Notes: generated by a model not told the origin, from the letters alone. Counted from the stretch's first letter, positions 38,910 through 49,036 are shown. The stretch: DNA of 64,000 nucleotides from Nitrospirota bacterium (GCA_029261215.1 JAJDBT010000050.1:17982-81981); one strand, 5' to 3'. Numbers and translations are program-made.

Positions 38910-40813
38910 AGCCCCATCCCGGCATTTTCAGCCAAAAAACATTCCTGATACCACAGCTCAAACATCAGCAGACTCCAAAGCACAGTCGCATAGTTGCGTT
39001 TTCGAGTTTGATGGAGGTCCCAAATGCGCCTCACGGCAGTCGGCTCAAAAAAATGATTCAGCCCCGCCGTATGCGAAAGTATGTGGCTCTCAGCAAAAGT
39101 CCGGATTTCCTTCCGGAGCCATTGCGCCAGCGGCGCAGAAAACCCCATTTTCTTTCTGTGCAAGATTTCATCTGGAAGCCTCTCGGCCAGCGATTGTTTC
39201 AAAATGTACTTCTTCTGGCCTCGATAATACTTCAAGTGTCCCGGAATCGTGGCGGCAAATTCTATCACCCGATGGTCCAAAAGCGGCGCACGCACTTCCA
39301 AAGAATTCGCCATACTCATGCGATCCACTTTCACGAGCACGTCTCCCGGCAGGTAGGATTTTAAGTCTGTGTACAGGATTTTGGAAAGATGGTCTTCGGT
39401 ATCCGCTTTATCATAATGATACTTTGTCACCGAAAATGGATCATAACCTCCAATCGCGCGTTTTGTTTCTTCATTCATGAGCGACTGCCAAAAAGCATCA
39501 TTCCCCTCAGTGTTACTCAAATAAAAACCATAATCAGATGTGTGACTGAGCGTTCCCAATAATGTTGAGCCTTTTCGCAGAACGGGGTGATTCCCAGTCG
39601 ACAAAACCCTTGATAAAAAAGGAAAAATACTCCCTCGGATAAAACCCGGAATCTTTTTTCGGATATTGTTTTCGATATCATCAATGGCATATTTTTCATA
39701 ACCCGCAAAGTTCTCATCCCCACCGTCTCCAGAAAGCGCAACTGTCACTTGCTGCCTGGCAATTTTAGAAACATAATAGGTCGGGACAGAGGATGCGTCC
39801 GCAAAAGGTTCATCAAAATAACGCACCAATTCCGGCAAAATCGCTTCAATATCCTGCTTCACCGTAAATTCATGATGATCGGTCTTGAATTTTTCAGCCA
39901 CGATACGGGCATACGCCACTTCATCGTACTCCCGTGAGTCAAAACCAATGGCGCAAGTGGTCACAGGCTTTGGCGTGTGTCCGGCCATGAAAGCCACGAC
40001 GGCGCTTGAATCAATCCCGCCGCTCAAAAAGGCGCCCAAGGGTACGTCACTGATCATCCGCATCTGAACACTTTCATCCAGCAAGTGGACGAGGTTTTCA
40101 CAAAGATCGTGTTCACTTTTTTTAGAGGTCTCCGCGAATGAGACATCCCAATACGCCTCTTTTTTGAGGCTGTTTCGGTCGCAGTACAGGGCGTAACCCG
40201 GCTCAAGCTTATAAATATTTTGATAAATGGTTTTTGGATCCGGCACATAAAGGTAGCGAAAATAATCACTCAAGGCCTCGTAATTTATTTTTTTTTCAAC
40301 GGAGGGGTCTTGCAGGATGGCCTTGATCTCCGATGCAAAAATAAAGGTCTTTCCATCAAAATAATAATACAGCGGTTTTTTCCCGATGCGGTCTCGGGCC
40401 AGAAAAAGCGTGTTGTTTTTTTTATCCCAGATGCAAAAGGCAAACATCCCCCTAAGATACTGCAGACAGGCTGGGCCATATTCTTGATAAAGCGCTAGAA
40501 TCACCTCTGTGTCACAATCACTTGAAAAAACATAGCCCTTTGCGGTCAAGTTCTCCCGAAGCTTTAAAAAATTATAGATCTCGCCGTTGAAGGTAACCCA
40601 AAGAGATTTATCGGCAGTGGACATCGGCTGGTGTCCCGACTTTGAAAGATCCAGGATGCTTAAACGGCGATGCCCAAGCCCGACAGGCCCATCCACATAC
40701 ACACCACTGTCGTCTGGCCCTCGATATGCCATCACATCACACATTGCCTTGATGATTTTTGGGGAAACCGGATGTTTTAAGTTAAGATTGTATTTTCCCG
40801 CAATACCACACAT
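38906..40813 (-). CDS. asnB: Asparagine-synthase-family glutamine amidotransferase (EPS-associated)
   Basis: MCGIAG N-terminal Cys, RGPD, HRRLSILD, FNGEIYNF, LSGGIDSS, SGDGGDE, KVDRMSMANSLEVR. Confidence 0.93.
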   Translation of the reverse strand: MCGIAGKYNLNLKHPVSPKIIKAMCDVMAYRGPDDSGVYVDGPVGLGHRRLSILDLSKSGHQPMSTADKSLWVTFNGEIYNFLKLRENLTAKGYVFSSDCDTEVILALYQEYGPACLQYLRGMFAFCIWDKKNNTLFLARDRIGKKPLYYYFDGKTFIFASEIKAILQDPSVEKKINYEALSDYFRYLYVPDPKTIYQNIYKLEPGYALYCDRNSLKKEAYWDVSFAETSKKSEHDLCENLVHLLDESVQMRMISDVPLGAFLSGGIDSSAVVAFMAGHTPKPVTTCAIGFDSREYDEVAYARIVAEKFKTDHHEFTVKQDIEAILPELVRYFDEPFADASSVPTYYVSKIARQQVTVALSGDGGDENFAGYEKYAIDDIENNIRKKIPGFIRGSIFPFLSRVLSTGNHPVLRKGSTLLGTLSHTSDYGFYLSNTEGNDAFWQSLMNEETKRAIGGYDPFSVTKYHYDKADTEDHLSKILYTDLKSYLPGDVLVKVDRMSMANSLEVRAPLLDHRVIEFAATIPGHLKYYRGQKKYILKQSLAERLPDEILHRKKMGFSAPLAQWLRKEIRTFAESHILSHTAGLNHFFEPTAVRRIWDLHQTRKRNYATVLWSLLMFELWYQECFLAENAGMGL

Positions 40814-40816
40814 AGT

Positions 40817-41920
40817 TTAAAGTCCGATATGTTTTCTTATCATCGGCCCAAGAATTTTGCTAACCGGAACCGGCAGTTTTTTCCACAATCGCATCGCAAT
40901 ATCAAACGTCCCTTTTTTTGAGTCGGGATCTCCCACTGCCTTCCCGTTCAATGCAAAATAGTGCCAATATAAGGGGACGGGCAAAGCGCCCCACTGCGCT
41001 TTAAACTTGTAGGTGCCTTCCTCCGGGGTAGAGCGGCCAAAATCAAATGCCGTGAATCCCTGCTCACAGGCATATGCTAACATCGCCCAGTACAGCAACA
41101 TATTAGGACTCAAGCGGCCATATTCCCTGAGAGAAGAAGCCCATAAATTTCTCAAGACACCTTTAAACCCAATGATAACACCACCAGCGACAGGCGTCCT
41201 CCCCTGATAGATCATACAGATGCGTGAGGATGCTTCAAAGGTTCGGAGCGTATTGCCGATCATTGCTTTGGAATGCACGGGAGAACCCAGATCCCGCATG
41301 TTAACGGCGAAAACCTTGTAAAAATCAGCCAGTAGCTCCACCCCTCCTATTTTTGATATCAGTCCTTCTTTCTGGGGTTTCTTAATCTGGCTTCTCAATT
41401 TAGCCTTGAAGGATTTCAGGAGGATCTCGGCGGTTTCAGGTAAATCGAGCACCATGCGAACCTTGTGAGATGAGGTTACCATTGGATGACTTTCAAACTG
41501 ACTGCGTTTGCCTTGAAAAATAGCCTGCAAACCCGCATGTCGTAACTCAATAGTCTCCACACCCAAACGATCTCCCTGAGCCACTGCCGCAGACAATAGG
41601 GCTTCTTCAACCGATTCTGCACTGGCCAAAATGCCGCCATCGTCAACAAAGGGCATGGAAATCAAGGCATTGCCAAAAAGAGGACTTTTAAGATGAACCA
41701 ACGGCAAGATACCTTCAATGACGGGCTTTCCCTGAGATGCCCCCTCAAGTAGGCGTCTTTCCGCGATCAAATAATAGCTCTTATGACCATAAGTTTTTTC
41801 GATGACCTCCCGCCAGCCCGAAAGATGATAGAGTGCGCCTTGTGAGTGCGTAACGACAAAGGCATCCCAAGTGTCCTCATCTCCTGCAGAAAAAGGCCTA
41901 ACAAAGATGGATTTACTCAT
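40817..41920 (-). CDS. FemAB-family protein of the XrtA/PEP-CTERM EPS system
   Basis: WDAFV, LISMPFVDDGG, NMRDLGSP, PNMLLYW, FDFGRST..EGTYKFKAQWGA. Confidence 0.9.
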   Translation of the reverse strand: MSKSIFVRPFSAGDEDTWDAFVVTHSQGALYHLSGWREVIEKTYGHKSYYLIAERRLLEGASQGKPVIEGILPLVHLKSPLFGNALISMPFVDDGGILASAESVEEALLSAAVAQGDRLGVETIELRHAGLQAIFQGKRSQFESHPMVTSSHKVRMVLDLPETAEILLKSFKAKLRSQIKKPQKEGLISKIGGVELLADFYKVFAVNMRDLGSPVHSKAMIGNTLRTFEASSRICMIYQGRTPVAGGVIIGFKGVLRNLWASSLREYGRLSPNMLLYWAMLAYACEQGFTAFDFGRSTPEEGTYKFKAQWGALPVPLYWHYFALNGKAVGDPDSKKGTFDIAMRLWKKLPVPVSKILGPMIRKHIGL

Positions 41921-42379
41921 CCGTTCATCTTGCAGGTTTCAATCACTAGATCAAGATAATCCCTGACTTTTTCAAAGGTCATGATATTCTTCCCAGAAAA
42001 AGAGCTTCTCTCGATGCTTTTTTAAATTGTTTGAATAATAAACCACATTGAGATTTACGGCTCATCAGTATAAAAACAAAACAATCCCTAAAAAGCAGCC
42101 CAAAATAAAGCCCGATGCTATACGCTAAATGCCAAGGCATCAATAACCTTCAAAAACCGGTCAACGCGACTTTACAGCTCAAATAGCATTAGAGCATGAA
42201 TCACTTACTGCAATGTGAAAAACTGTCATGCCAGAGTAGTAAAAAGATTAGCATATAAGGGGATTTATGGTAAGGCGAAACCCATCTTTAAAATTAGAAA
42301 AAACTAGACACACCTCTCTCCCACGGGTCAAGCTTGAAGTGAAGACGACACGACAACGATGCCTGGACAAAATAGGAAT

Positions 42380-43336
42380 CTAGTCAAGGACCTCATCTAT
42401 CGTGTAATCTCTCATCTTTCTCGCATGGGTAAAGATGAGTAGTTCTCCGATTAAACCAACTGATCCCACTTGTACCCCTAATACCATCATGAGTAAACCC
42501 AAGACAAGGAGAGGACGATCCGCAAGGTCTGTCAATCCTGTGATACGTTGCACAGTCAAAAGAAGAGAAATAAGGAACCCGCCAGTAAAAAGACTTGCGC
42601 CAATCAGTCCAAAAAAACGGAGTGGCTTTTTAGTAAATTTGACGAGAAAGACCAAGGTCAAAATATCCAGTAACCGCCTAAGATAGACGCCCGGGTGATA
42701 AACCCTTGTCTGCCTGTCTAGCGTATGCTGTTCAACAGGAATTTCGGTAATACGAAATCCCTTCTGAAAAGCTAAAATCGGGAAAAATCGATGAAGGTCG
42801 CCATAAAGCTGCACCTCTCTGACCACTTGCTTTCGAATTCCACGAACGCCGCAGCTAATGTCATGCAGTCTAATGTTTGTCAATCGATCCACAAAAAAGT
42901 GAAATCCAAAAGTTTGTATTCGGTTAATCCAGGAATCAACTCGTGGAAAACGGCGTGTCACGACCAAGTCATACCCTTCATTGAGCGTCTTGAGTATTTC
43001 CTCTATTCCCTCAGGAACCACTTGGAAATAGGCTGGGAGGGTAATCAATAGTTCCCCTCGTGCCCGCTCAAATCCAATAGTGAGCGCCGTCGCCTCCCCA
43101 AAATCCCGAGGCAAGACAATGACCCTTAAGACCTCCTTATCTGCCTCAATGGCTTCCAAGCTTTTAACGGTTTGTTCATTCCCTCCGTCGACAACAAAGA
43201 TAAATTCGTAGGGCCGACTCACCCGATCCAGGACGGCTTTATGTCCTTGATAGACCTCAGCCAAGTCGTCGTGCCTTTCCAAAACGGGAATAATCACTGA
43301 AATTTCAATTCCATCTGTTTTATTTGTGTGTGTCAT
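42380..43336 (-). CDS. ArnC/GtrB-like GT2 paralog with a degenerate DxD motif
   Basis: ISVIIPV, RDFGEATAL, HDISCG, GDLHRF, KKPLRFFG, two C-terminal TMs. DGDLQ is replaced by PAYFQ. Confidence 0.85.
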   Translation of the reverse strand: MTHTNKTDGIEISVIIPVLERHDDLAEVYQGHKAVLDRVSRPYEFIFVVDGGNEQTVKSLEAIEADKEVLRVIVLPRDFGEATALTIGFERARGELLITLPAYFQVVPEGIEEILKTLNEGYDLVVTRRFPRVDSWINRIQTFGFHFFVDRLTNIRLHDISCGVRGIRKQVVREVQLYGDLHRFFPILAFQKGFRITEIPVEQHTLDRQTRVYHPGVYLRRLLDILTLVFLVKFTKKPLRFFGLIGASLFTGGFLISLLLTVQRITGLTDLADRPLLVLGLLMMVLGVQVGSVGLIGELLIFTHARKMRDYTIDEVLD

Positions 43337-44264
43337 TTTCTCTAATCGTCGTTTTTGCCAACATGATTTCCGGCCGGTAATCTCCGGTCTTCAATACCAT
43401 CTCTCCAAGTACACCCATCGTCACAAAATGCCCCACCAAGAAAAAAGACAAAAAAACAACACTTGGCAGCACAATGCCTGAAAGCCCGGATGAAATCAAA
43501 ACAAGGAAACAAATCAATCCCAGAACAAACACGGGTAAACTCAATAAACCAAACAAAATCATCGGATGCACGGAAAACCGTGCAAACATCTTGATCAAAA
43601 ACAGGTCAAGAAATACCCGCCAAACACGTGAAATACCATACTTGCTTTTTCCAAACTTTCGGGCATGATGGGTCACCACCATTTCCGTAATTCGAGCTCC
43701 TGCTAAAGTAGACATTGCAGGAATAAAGCGATGTAGCTCTGAATAAAGACTGACTTTTTTAATCACTTCAGCGCGATACGCCTTCAGTGAACACCCGTTA
43801 TCATGAATCGGGACACCCGTAATTTTCCCAATGAGCCAGTTAGCGACAAGGGAGGGAATGCGTCGTGAAATAAGTTTGTCCTTACGATCTTTTCGCCATC
43901 CACAAACCAGATCGTATCCCTCTTCCAATTTGTCGACGAGTCTCGGAATATCAATAGGATCATTCTGCAGATCTCCGTCCATACTAATAATGATTTCACC
44001 CTGTGCATGTTCAAATCCGGCCGCCATAGCCGCCGTTTGTCCATAATTTTTACGAAATTTGATTGCCCGAACTTCAGGGTATCGATCATGGAGTTCAGAT
44101 AACTTATGATACGTGTCATCTGAACTTCCATCATCCAAAAAAATGATTTCGTACTTCACTCTCAGGTCATCACAGACATTTTTGAGAGAAGCATGTAATG
44201 GTCCAACAGACTCTTCCTCATTATAAAGCGGGACGATAACTGAAAGATAAATATCACTAGCCAA
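43320..44264 (-). CDS. ArnC/GtrB/DPM1-like polyprenyl-phosphate glycosyltransferase (GT2)
   Basis: SVIVPLYNEE, DDGSSD, RKNYGQTAA, MDGDLQNDP, GWRKDR, HDNGCSLKAYR, ELHRFIP, GKSKYG. Confidence 0.92.
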   Translation of the reverse strand: MASDIYLSVIVPLYNEEESVGPLHASLKNVCDDLRVKYEIIFLDDGSSDDTYHKLSELHDRYPEVRAIKFRKNYGQTAAMAAGFEHAQGEIIISMDGDLQNDPIDIPRLVDKLEEGYDLVCGWRKDRKDKLISRRIPSLVANWLIGKITGVPIHDNGCSLKAYRAEVIKKVSLYSELHRFIPAMSTLAGARITEMVVTHHARKFGKSKYGISRVWRVFLDLFLIKMFARFSVHPMILFGLLSLPVFVLGLICFLVLISSGLSGIVLPSVVFLSFFLVGHFVTMGVLGEMVLKTGDYRPEIMLAKTTIRENDTHK

Positions 44265-44404
44265 GATTCTATCCTTAATTGATTATAGATCGATAATTTC
44301 TAAAAACCTGTTCAAGATATCATTACAACCTAGGGTTATGACTGAAAACACGACTCAAACCGAAGCAAGAACCTCCCGGTTCACCCAAAAATAAAACGGA
44401 GGAT

Positions 44405-45820
44405 TCAACGTGCATCCGCAAGAAAAACCTGATATCCCTCAATAGTGTAATCATATCGCACCGCATATTTACGCCACACAAGTGAAGCATTCTTAAAAAG
44501 CCACGCCTCAAGGTTTTTTGCCAAAGGCCCACGCCTGATAGGCAAAATAATCCATAGCCTCTCGTTCTTTCCATCGTATCGCTGAAACCCTTTTTCCCAC
44601 TCAACGCTATCGTCATAAGGATATCCCAATTGAGAAATTTTTGTATAATTTATATTCATATAATAATCCAATTCGGTGACATAGGACATCACCTTGTCAT
44701 TAGATCTATGCTCACTTTCAATAAATTTTGACACCTCTCTTACATCCAAACTATTTCTTCCCGTGTAATGAGAAATCGACTCTGGAAGCATACATACAAC
44801 AACCAACATAATAACGATGAGAGATGTTATTCCATAACCTAATAAACCTACTCTGACTTGCTCTAAAAAATAACCTGCAAGGACAAAAACCAGAGGATAT
44901 GCATAAAACATATAATCAGGGCGAATGGACACAAATATTGATCCAACAAGTAACGCTATGACAGGAATCATTAGACATATCACAAAAAAAAGCGCATCCA
45001 TGACACCTCGCTTAAGGATACAAATTAATCCTCCGAAGGCACAAATAACAAGAGGGGCCTGCATGTATTTTATGATCTGGAGGGTTAACTTTGCAGGACC
45101 ATACCCCCACAACTGACCAGAGCCATGCCAACCAACCGCTATCTTCAAAAAAAATGGCAAGGAGATCAGTGCTCCGATACAACCTAGCGCAAAATATATT
45201 TTTGCATTTTTCTTTAAAAACTGATTTAAACTAGATTTTTTTGTAAACAAGATAAATATAGAGAAAAGAAAACACGACACCGCCACTATTATTGAAGATA
45301 CGTGAAAAAAAATACCGATTAAGTTGAAAAACATTGCCCAAAATAAGAATACAAATTTCTCAGAGCGCATGGCTTTATAGTAGAAATAGTATGAGAGTGA
45401 CCCAAAAAAGAAAACACCAGAGTAGAAACGGCTAAACTGAGAATACCAAAGATGCCAGCTACTCAAAACAATAAGCATTGAACCAAAAAGAGCGCAATTC
45501 CTGCCAACAATATTTTTCCAAGTGACATAAAAAACAGGAATACTTACACTGCCTAGTATCATGGCAGGCAGACGAGCCGACCATTCATTTACACCAAAGA
45601 CCTTAAAGCTCGACAATATCAATATATAATATGCAGGGTTTATAAGTGATGTGTAACGCTCACTCGCCTTGGTCACAGAAAATATTTCATCTGCAGAAAG
45701 ACTCCACTCACCTAAATGATAGCTCCTTGAAATAAGCGCCAATAGTAATAATCCAGCAATCGCTGCAAACTCTTTTATCTTGGCGTAACGATCGTTAATA
45801 CCCACATCACTATTTATCAC
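44405..45820 (-). CDS. GT-C membrane glycosyltransferase (ArnT/PMT-like, GT83/GT39)
   Basis: First loop SLSADE, FGVNEWSARLP, HLWYSQFSRFY, many TMs and a periplasmic C-terminus. Confidence 0.82.
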   Translation of the reverse strand: MINSDVGINDRYAKIKEFAAIAGLLLLALISRSYHLGEWSLSADEIFSVTKASERYTSLINPAYYILILSSFKVFGVNEWSARLPAMILGSVSIPVFYVTWKNIVGRNCALFGSMLIVLSSWHLWYSQFSRFYSGVFFFGSLSYYFYYKAMRSEKFVFLFWAMFFNLIGIFFHVSSIIVAVSCFLFSIFILFTKKSSLNQFLKKNAKIYFALGCIGALISLPFFLKIAVGWHGSGQLWGYGPAKLTLQIIKYMQAPLVICAFGGLICILKRGVMDALFFVICLMIPVIALLVGSIFVSIRPDYMFYAYPLVFVLAGYFLEQVRVGLLGYGITSLIVIMLVVVCMLPESISHYTGRNSLDVREVSKFIESEHRSNDKVMSYVTELDYYMNINYTKISQLGYPYDDSVEWEKGFQRYDGKNERLWIILPIRRGPLAKNLEAWLFKNASLVWRKYAVRYDYTIEGYQVFLADAR

Positions 45821-46134
45821 GTTTATTAAAACACTTTCTTTTTCATTAGGTTTACTTAATTAGGGGGGGATGACCTAAGGTTTTGGGATATCTACAAAAC
45901 AAAAGATTGTTACTCTATATTTAAGAGGTCTCTTTGATCAAAAACCTATCCGAAGGCAAAAAATAATTGACCGGTTTTCCATGACCATTTCTCCAATCAA
46001 GCCTCGCATTTTCTGATTTTAGAAAACCTCAAATTTTGATTTGGACAATTCACATCGTTTTTTCAAAACAAACTAGGGTCGATACCATCAGTAAGCAAGA
46101 ATTCCTTCTTGCTAAAAACGGGGAGTTACATACA

Positions 46135-47553
46135 TTATTCCGGTGACACCCGGCCGTAATCATCCTGAAACCGAACGATATCATCTTCTCCCAAGTAGCT
46201 ACCGCTCTGAACCTCAACCAAGCGCAGGGGTTGGTCTGTTGCGTTTTCCAATCGATGTTTAACGCCCATAGGGACAAAAGTACTTTGATTTGTTTGGATG
46301 GTATAAACGCTCTCCCCGCAAGTCACGGTCGCAACACCCTCAACCACCACCCAATGTTCGCTGCGTTTATGGTGCATCTGCAAGGAAAGCTTTGCCCCTG
46401 GATGAACCATAATTTTTTTGATTTTATATCCAGGCCCTTCTTCTAAAACAGTATAGCTCCCCCAAGCACGAATAACCGTTTTGTGGACTCGATGGGTATC
46501 GCCTTCCCCAAGCTTTAGAAGCTCGACGACTTTTTTCACATCTTGTGCATGGTCTTTGCTGCAAACAAGTGTTGCGTCATCTGTATCTGCAACCACAACA
46601 TTATCCAGTCCAACCACCGCCACGACACGGTTTTTGGCATAAATCGTGCTGTTTCGGCTCCCGACATTGATGACATTTCCAGTCACGATGTTACCCTCTT
46701 CATCTTTCGGGATCACTTCGTCTAGTGCGTTCCATGAACCCACGTCTTCCCAACCAATATCTGTGGGAATGACCACCAAATTCTCGGACTTTTCAAGAAC
46801 ACCATAGTCAATTGAAATCGCGGGTAAGGTCGCGTAAATCCGTTTTAGGGTTTCCTGCTCGGATGGAGTATCAAAGCTTTCTTCTATTTGCTGAAGTCCT
46901 TCTGACAATTCTGGCATAAACCGCTCAATCTCTTTCAAAATCGTCGAGACTTTCCAAATAAAAATACCCGTATTCCAAAAAGTACTTTTATCCAAGAGAT
47001 ATTTTTCTGCTACTTGCTTTTCCGGCTTTTCGATAAAACGTTCGACTGATCGGATGCCTTGGGAACCCGGAAGGAGTTCTCCTGCCTGAATATACCCATA
47101 GGCCGTCTCCGGACGGTTTGGGATAGCTCCCAGGGTTACCAGATGTCCCTTCTGTGCCGCATCCGCAGCGTGTTGCAGGATCTGCTTAAAACCCTTTTCA
47201 TCCCTGATAAAGTGGTCAGCTGAAAGGATAATCATAACACCTTCCGGATCGATTCGGCGTAATGAAATCGCCGCTAAAGCAATCGCGGCAGCCGTATTCT
47301 TCCTTTCAGGTTCCGAGATATAATTAAGACGCTTGCTTGTATCATTCGTCATTTGAAAACGAATTTGTTCGAGTTGCTGAGGATTGGTTACAATATAGAC
47401 TTGATCTATGGGAATCAAATCCGAAACTCTTGAAAGCGTTGCTTGTATCAGCGTTTGATTTCCGAATATTTTTAGAAGCTGTTTCGGATATTCTTCACGG
47501 CTCAAAGGCCAGAATCGCGTCCCGCTGCCCCCTGCCAAGATTACACAGTACAA
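46135..47553 (-). CDS. manC: Mannose-1-phosphate guanylyltransferase / mannose-6-phosphate isomerase
   Basis: ILAGGSGTRFWPLSR...PKQL, EP...NTA, ADH, YGYI, SIDYGVLEK, C-terminal cupin LSLQMHHKRSEHWVVV; AGGAGG RBS before TTG. Confidence 0.96.
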   Translation of the reverse strand: MYCVILAGGSGTRFWPLSREEYPKQLLKIFGNQTLIQATLSRVSDLIPIDQVYIVTNPQQLEQIRFQMTNDTSKRLNYISEPERKNTAAAIALAAISLRRIDPEGVMIILSADHFIRDEKGFKQILQHAADAAQKGHLVTLGAIPNRPETAYGYIQAGELLPGSQGIRSVERFIEKPEKQVAEKYLLDKSTFWNTGIFIWKVSTILKEIERFMPELSEGLQQIEESFDTPSEQETLKRIYATLPAISIDYGVLEKSENLVVIPTDIGWEDVGSWNALDEVIPKDEEGNIVTGNVINVGSRNSTIYAKNRVVAVVGLDNVVVADTDDATLVCSKDHAQDVKKVVELLKLGEGDTHRVHKTVIRAWGSYTVLEEGPGYKIKKIMVHPGAKLSLQMHHKRSEHWVVVEGVATVTCGESVYTIQTNQSTFVPMGVKHRLENATDQPLRLVEVQSGSYLGEDDIVRFQDDYGRVSPE

Positions 47554-47656
47554 TTAACCTGCCTCCTTCATTTCCGTGAATCGAGATCTAATACAGTAGA
47601 AGAGTAAATAACAGACTACAGAGTGAAATTCTTTTTACAAAGGATAATTTCTGAAA

Positions 47657-47697
47657 AAATTCCTACGAGAGATCATTTTGACATCTCGTAGGAATTT
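47657..47697 (-). terminator. Rho-independent terminator of the 47746 gene
   Basis: Perfect 14-bp inverted repeat AAATTCCTACGAGA / TCTCGTAGGAATTT with a T-run on the minus strand, about 50 nt after the stop. Confidence 0.78.
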
Positions 47698-47745
47698 GAA
47701 TCATCACTAAACAATAAATTGGAAAAATCAAAACTAAACATCACA

Positions 47746-48894
47746 CTACTTAACAATCAAACCTACAGGAGAATTCGGCGGGATTGCATCTCCAGACGGA
47801 GTTCGCAAAGTCATCACACCTTTTATATGCTGATATGCATCTTTTGCGATAGCATCTTCTCCATAGCCTGAAAATACCATCCATACTGACAAGCCATCAG
47901 GGCTAATCCAATTTGCAGGAAACTGGCAAAAATACATGTTGTCACTGCCCATCCAGTCATCCGTATAGTTGACTGTCGTCCAGGGGCCCCACGGCTCTGG
48001 CGCATCAAAAACACCCAGCCCCCCAGCGGCTATCTCTGAAGGTCTCGAATCATGTGTTTTACACATGAGATATCGCTTCAATACGGGGTTGTAAACAACA
48101 GAAGGACTGTCCATAAGTTTTCCATTCGTATCCGTAAAAACAGCTCCATCCTGACTGATATCGCTCGTCCACATTGCATTGCCATTACCATCTAAACCTT
48201 GAAAAAATTCATAGGCCGAGCGATTTTCGATTTTGTCCTTCAAAACCCTCGCCATACTCACGCGTGTGGGTAAAGCTGAGCTGCCACCCGACCCATCAGG
48301 TGCATATATATACACATAATTGTCTCGAGCACCAGAGTACCCAGGGCCAAAATTTAAAAAGGTGGGTTTGCTAAATCCGTCGGTGTATTTAAAAAAAGAG
48401 GTACCACTCAACTGCCAGGTCGCTCCCATATCAGTAGACTTTGCAAGCCACGTTTCTTCCCAGGGTGTCCAGTTGGAACCTAATCCGTGCCACATATAGA
48501 GGACGCTACCCAAGGAGAGCATTCCGACAGACTTGCCCCCAAAAGTAGCTTCATTGAGCCCATTTTTCCCGCCCCATATATTTTGAGAAGTAAAATTTTC
48601 CGGTGATCCGACAATACGCGCAACGCCAAGGCTCACACGCCCGTCTTGATTCGTTCCTCCCATACCGCCACCATCACCCCACGTGGCATACATATTGCCG
48701 TCTTGAGCCCAAGTTGATGCCCAATTATCACTTCCTGGGGCAAGTCTCAACAAGGTAGACCCATCAAAGGTAATACCACTAATGACTGGACTGGGGGGAT
48801 ATGGAGGACTTGCTTCTGTGCTTCCGGATAAAAAAACTGCAACCAATGAGGGCACAATGAGAGCCATTAATATGATTTTATAATATGTCTTCAT
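47746..48894 (-). CDS. Secreted DUF4185-like putative glycoside hydrolase with the conserved tail
   Basis: Signal peptide MKTYYK...STEA; GSDNW..TW..DG..Y..WGDGGG; Asp-box STDMGATW; DAPEPWGPW; ends DAIPPNSPVGLIVK. Alternative start at 48942. Confidence 0.7.
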   Translation of the reverse strand: MKTYYKIILMALIVPSLVAVFLSGSTEASPPYPPSPVISGITFDGSTLLRLAPGSDNWASTWAQDGNMYATWGDGGGMGGTNQDGRVSLGVARIVGSPENFTSQNIWGGKNGLNEATFGGKSVGMLSLGSVLYMWHGLGSNWTPWEETWLAKSTDMGATWQLSGTSFFKYTDGFSKPTFLNFGPGYSGARDNYVYIYAPDGSGGSSALPTRVSMARVLKDKIENRSAYEFFQGLDGNGNAMWTSDISQDGAVFTDTNGKLMDSPSVVYNPVLKRYLMCKTHDSRPSEIAAGGLGVFDAPEPWGPWTTVNYTDDWMGSDNMYFCQFPANWISPDGLSVWMVFSGYGEDAIAKDAYQHIKGVMTLRTPSGDAIPPNSPVGLIVK

Positions 48895-49036
48895 AATAGT
48901 AAGATTCCTCGTATTTATAATATAATAAGCTACCGTATTCATCCCATTTAATATTTTAAATATAGCATGAGATTAAGACACCACAAAAAACAAAGAGAAT
49001 ATTAGAGATTAAGAAAAAATATTGATCGGACTTTCT

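Noticed and set aside
48969-49014. Direct repeat GAGATTAAGA x2 upstream of the DUF4185-like gene
   Set aside because: Only two 10-mers in AT-rich DNA; not an array and not found before the other tailed genes.
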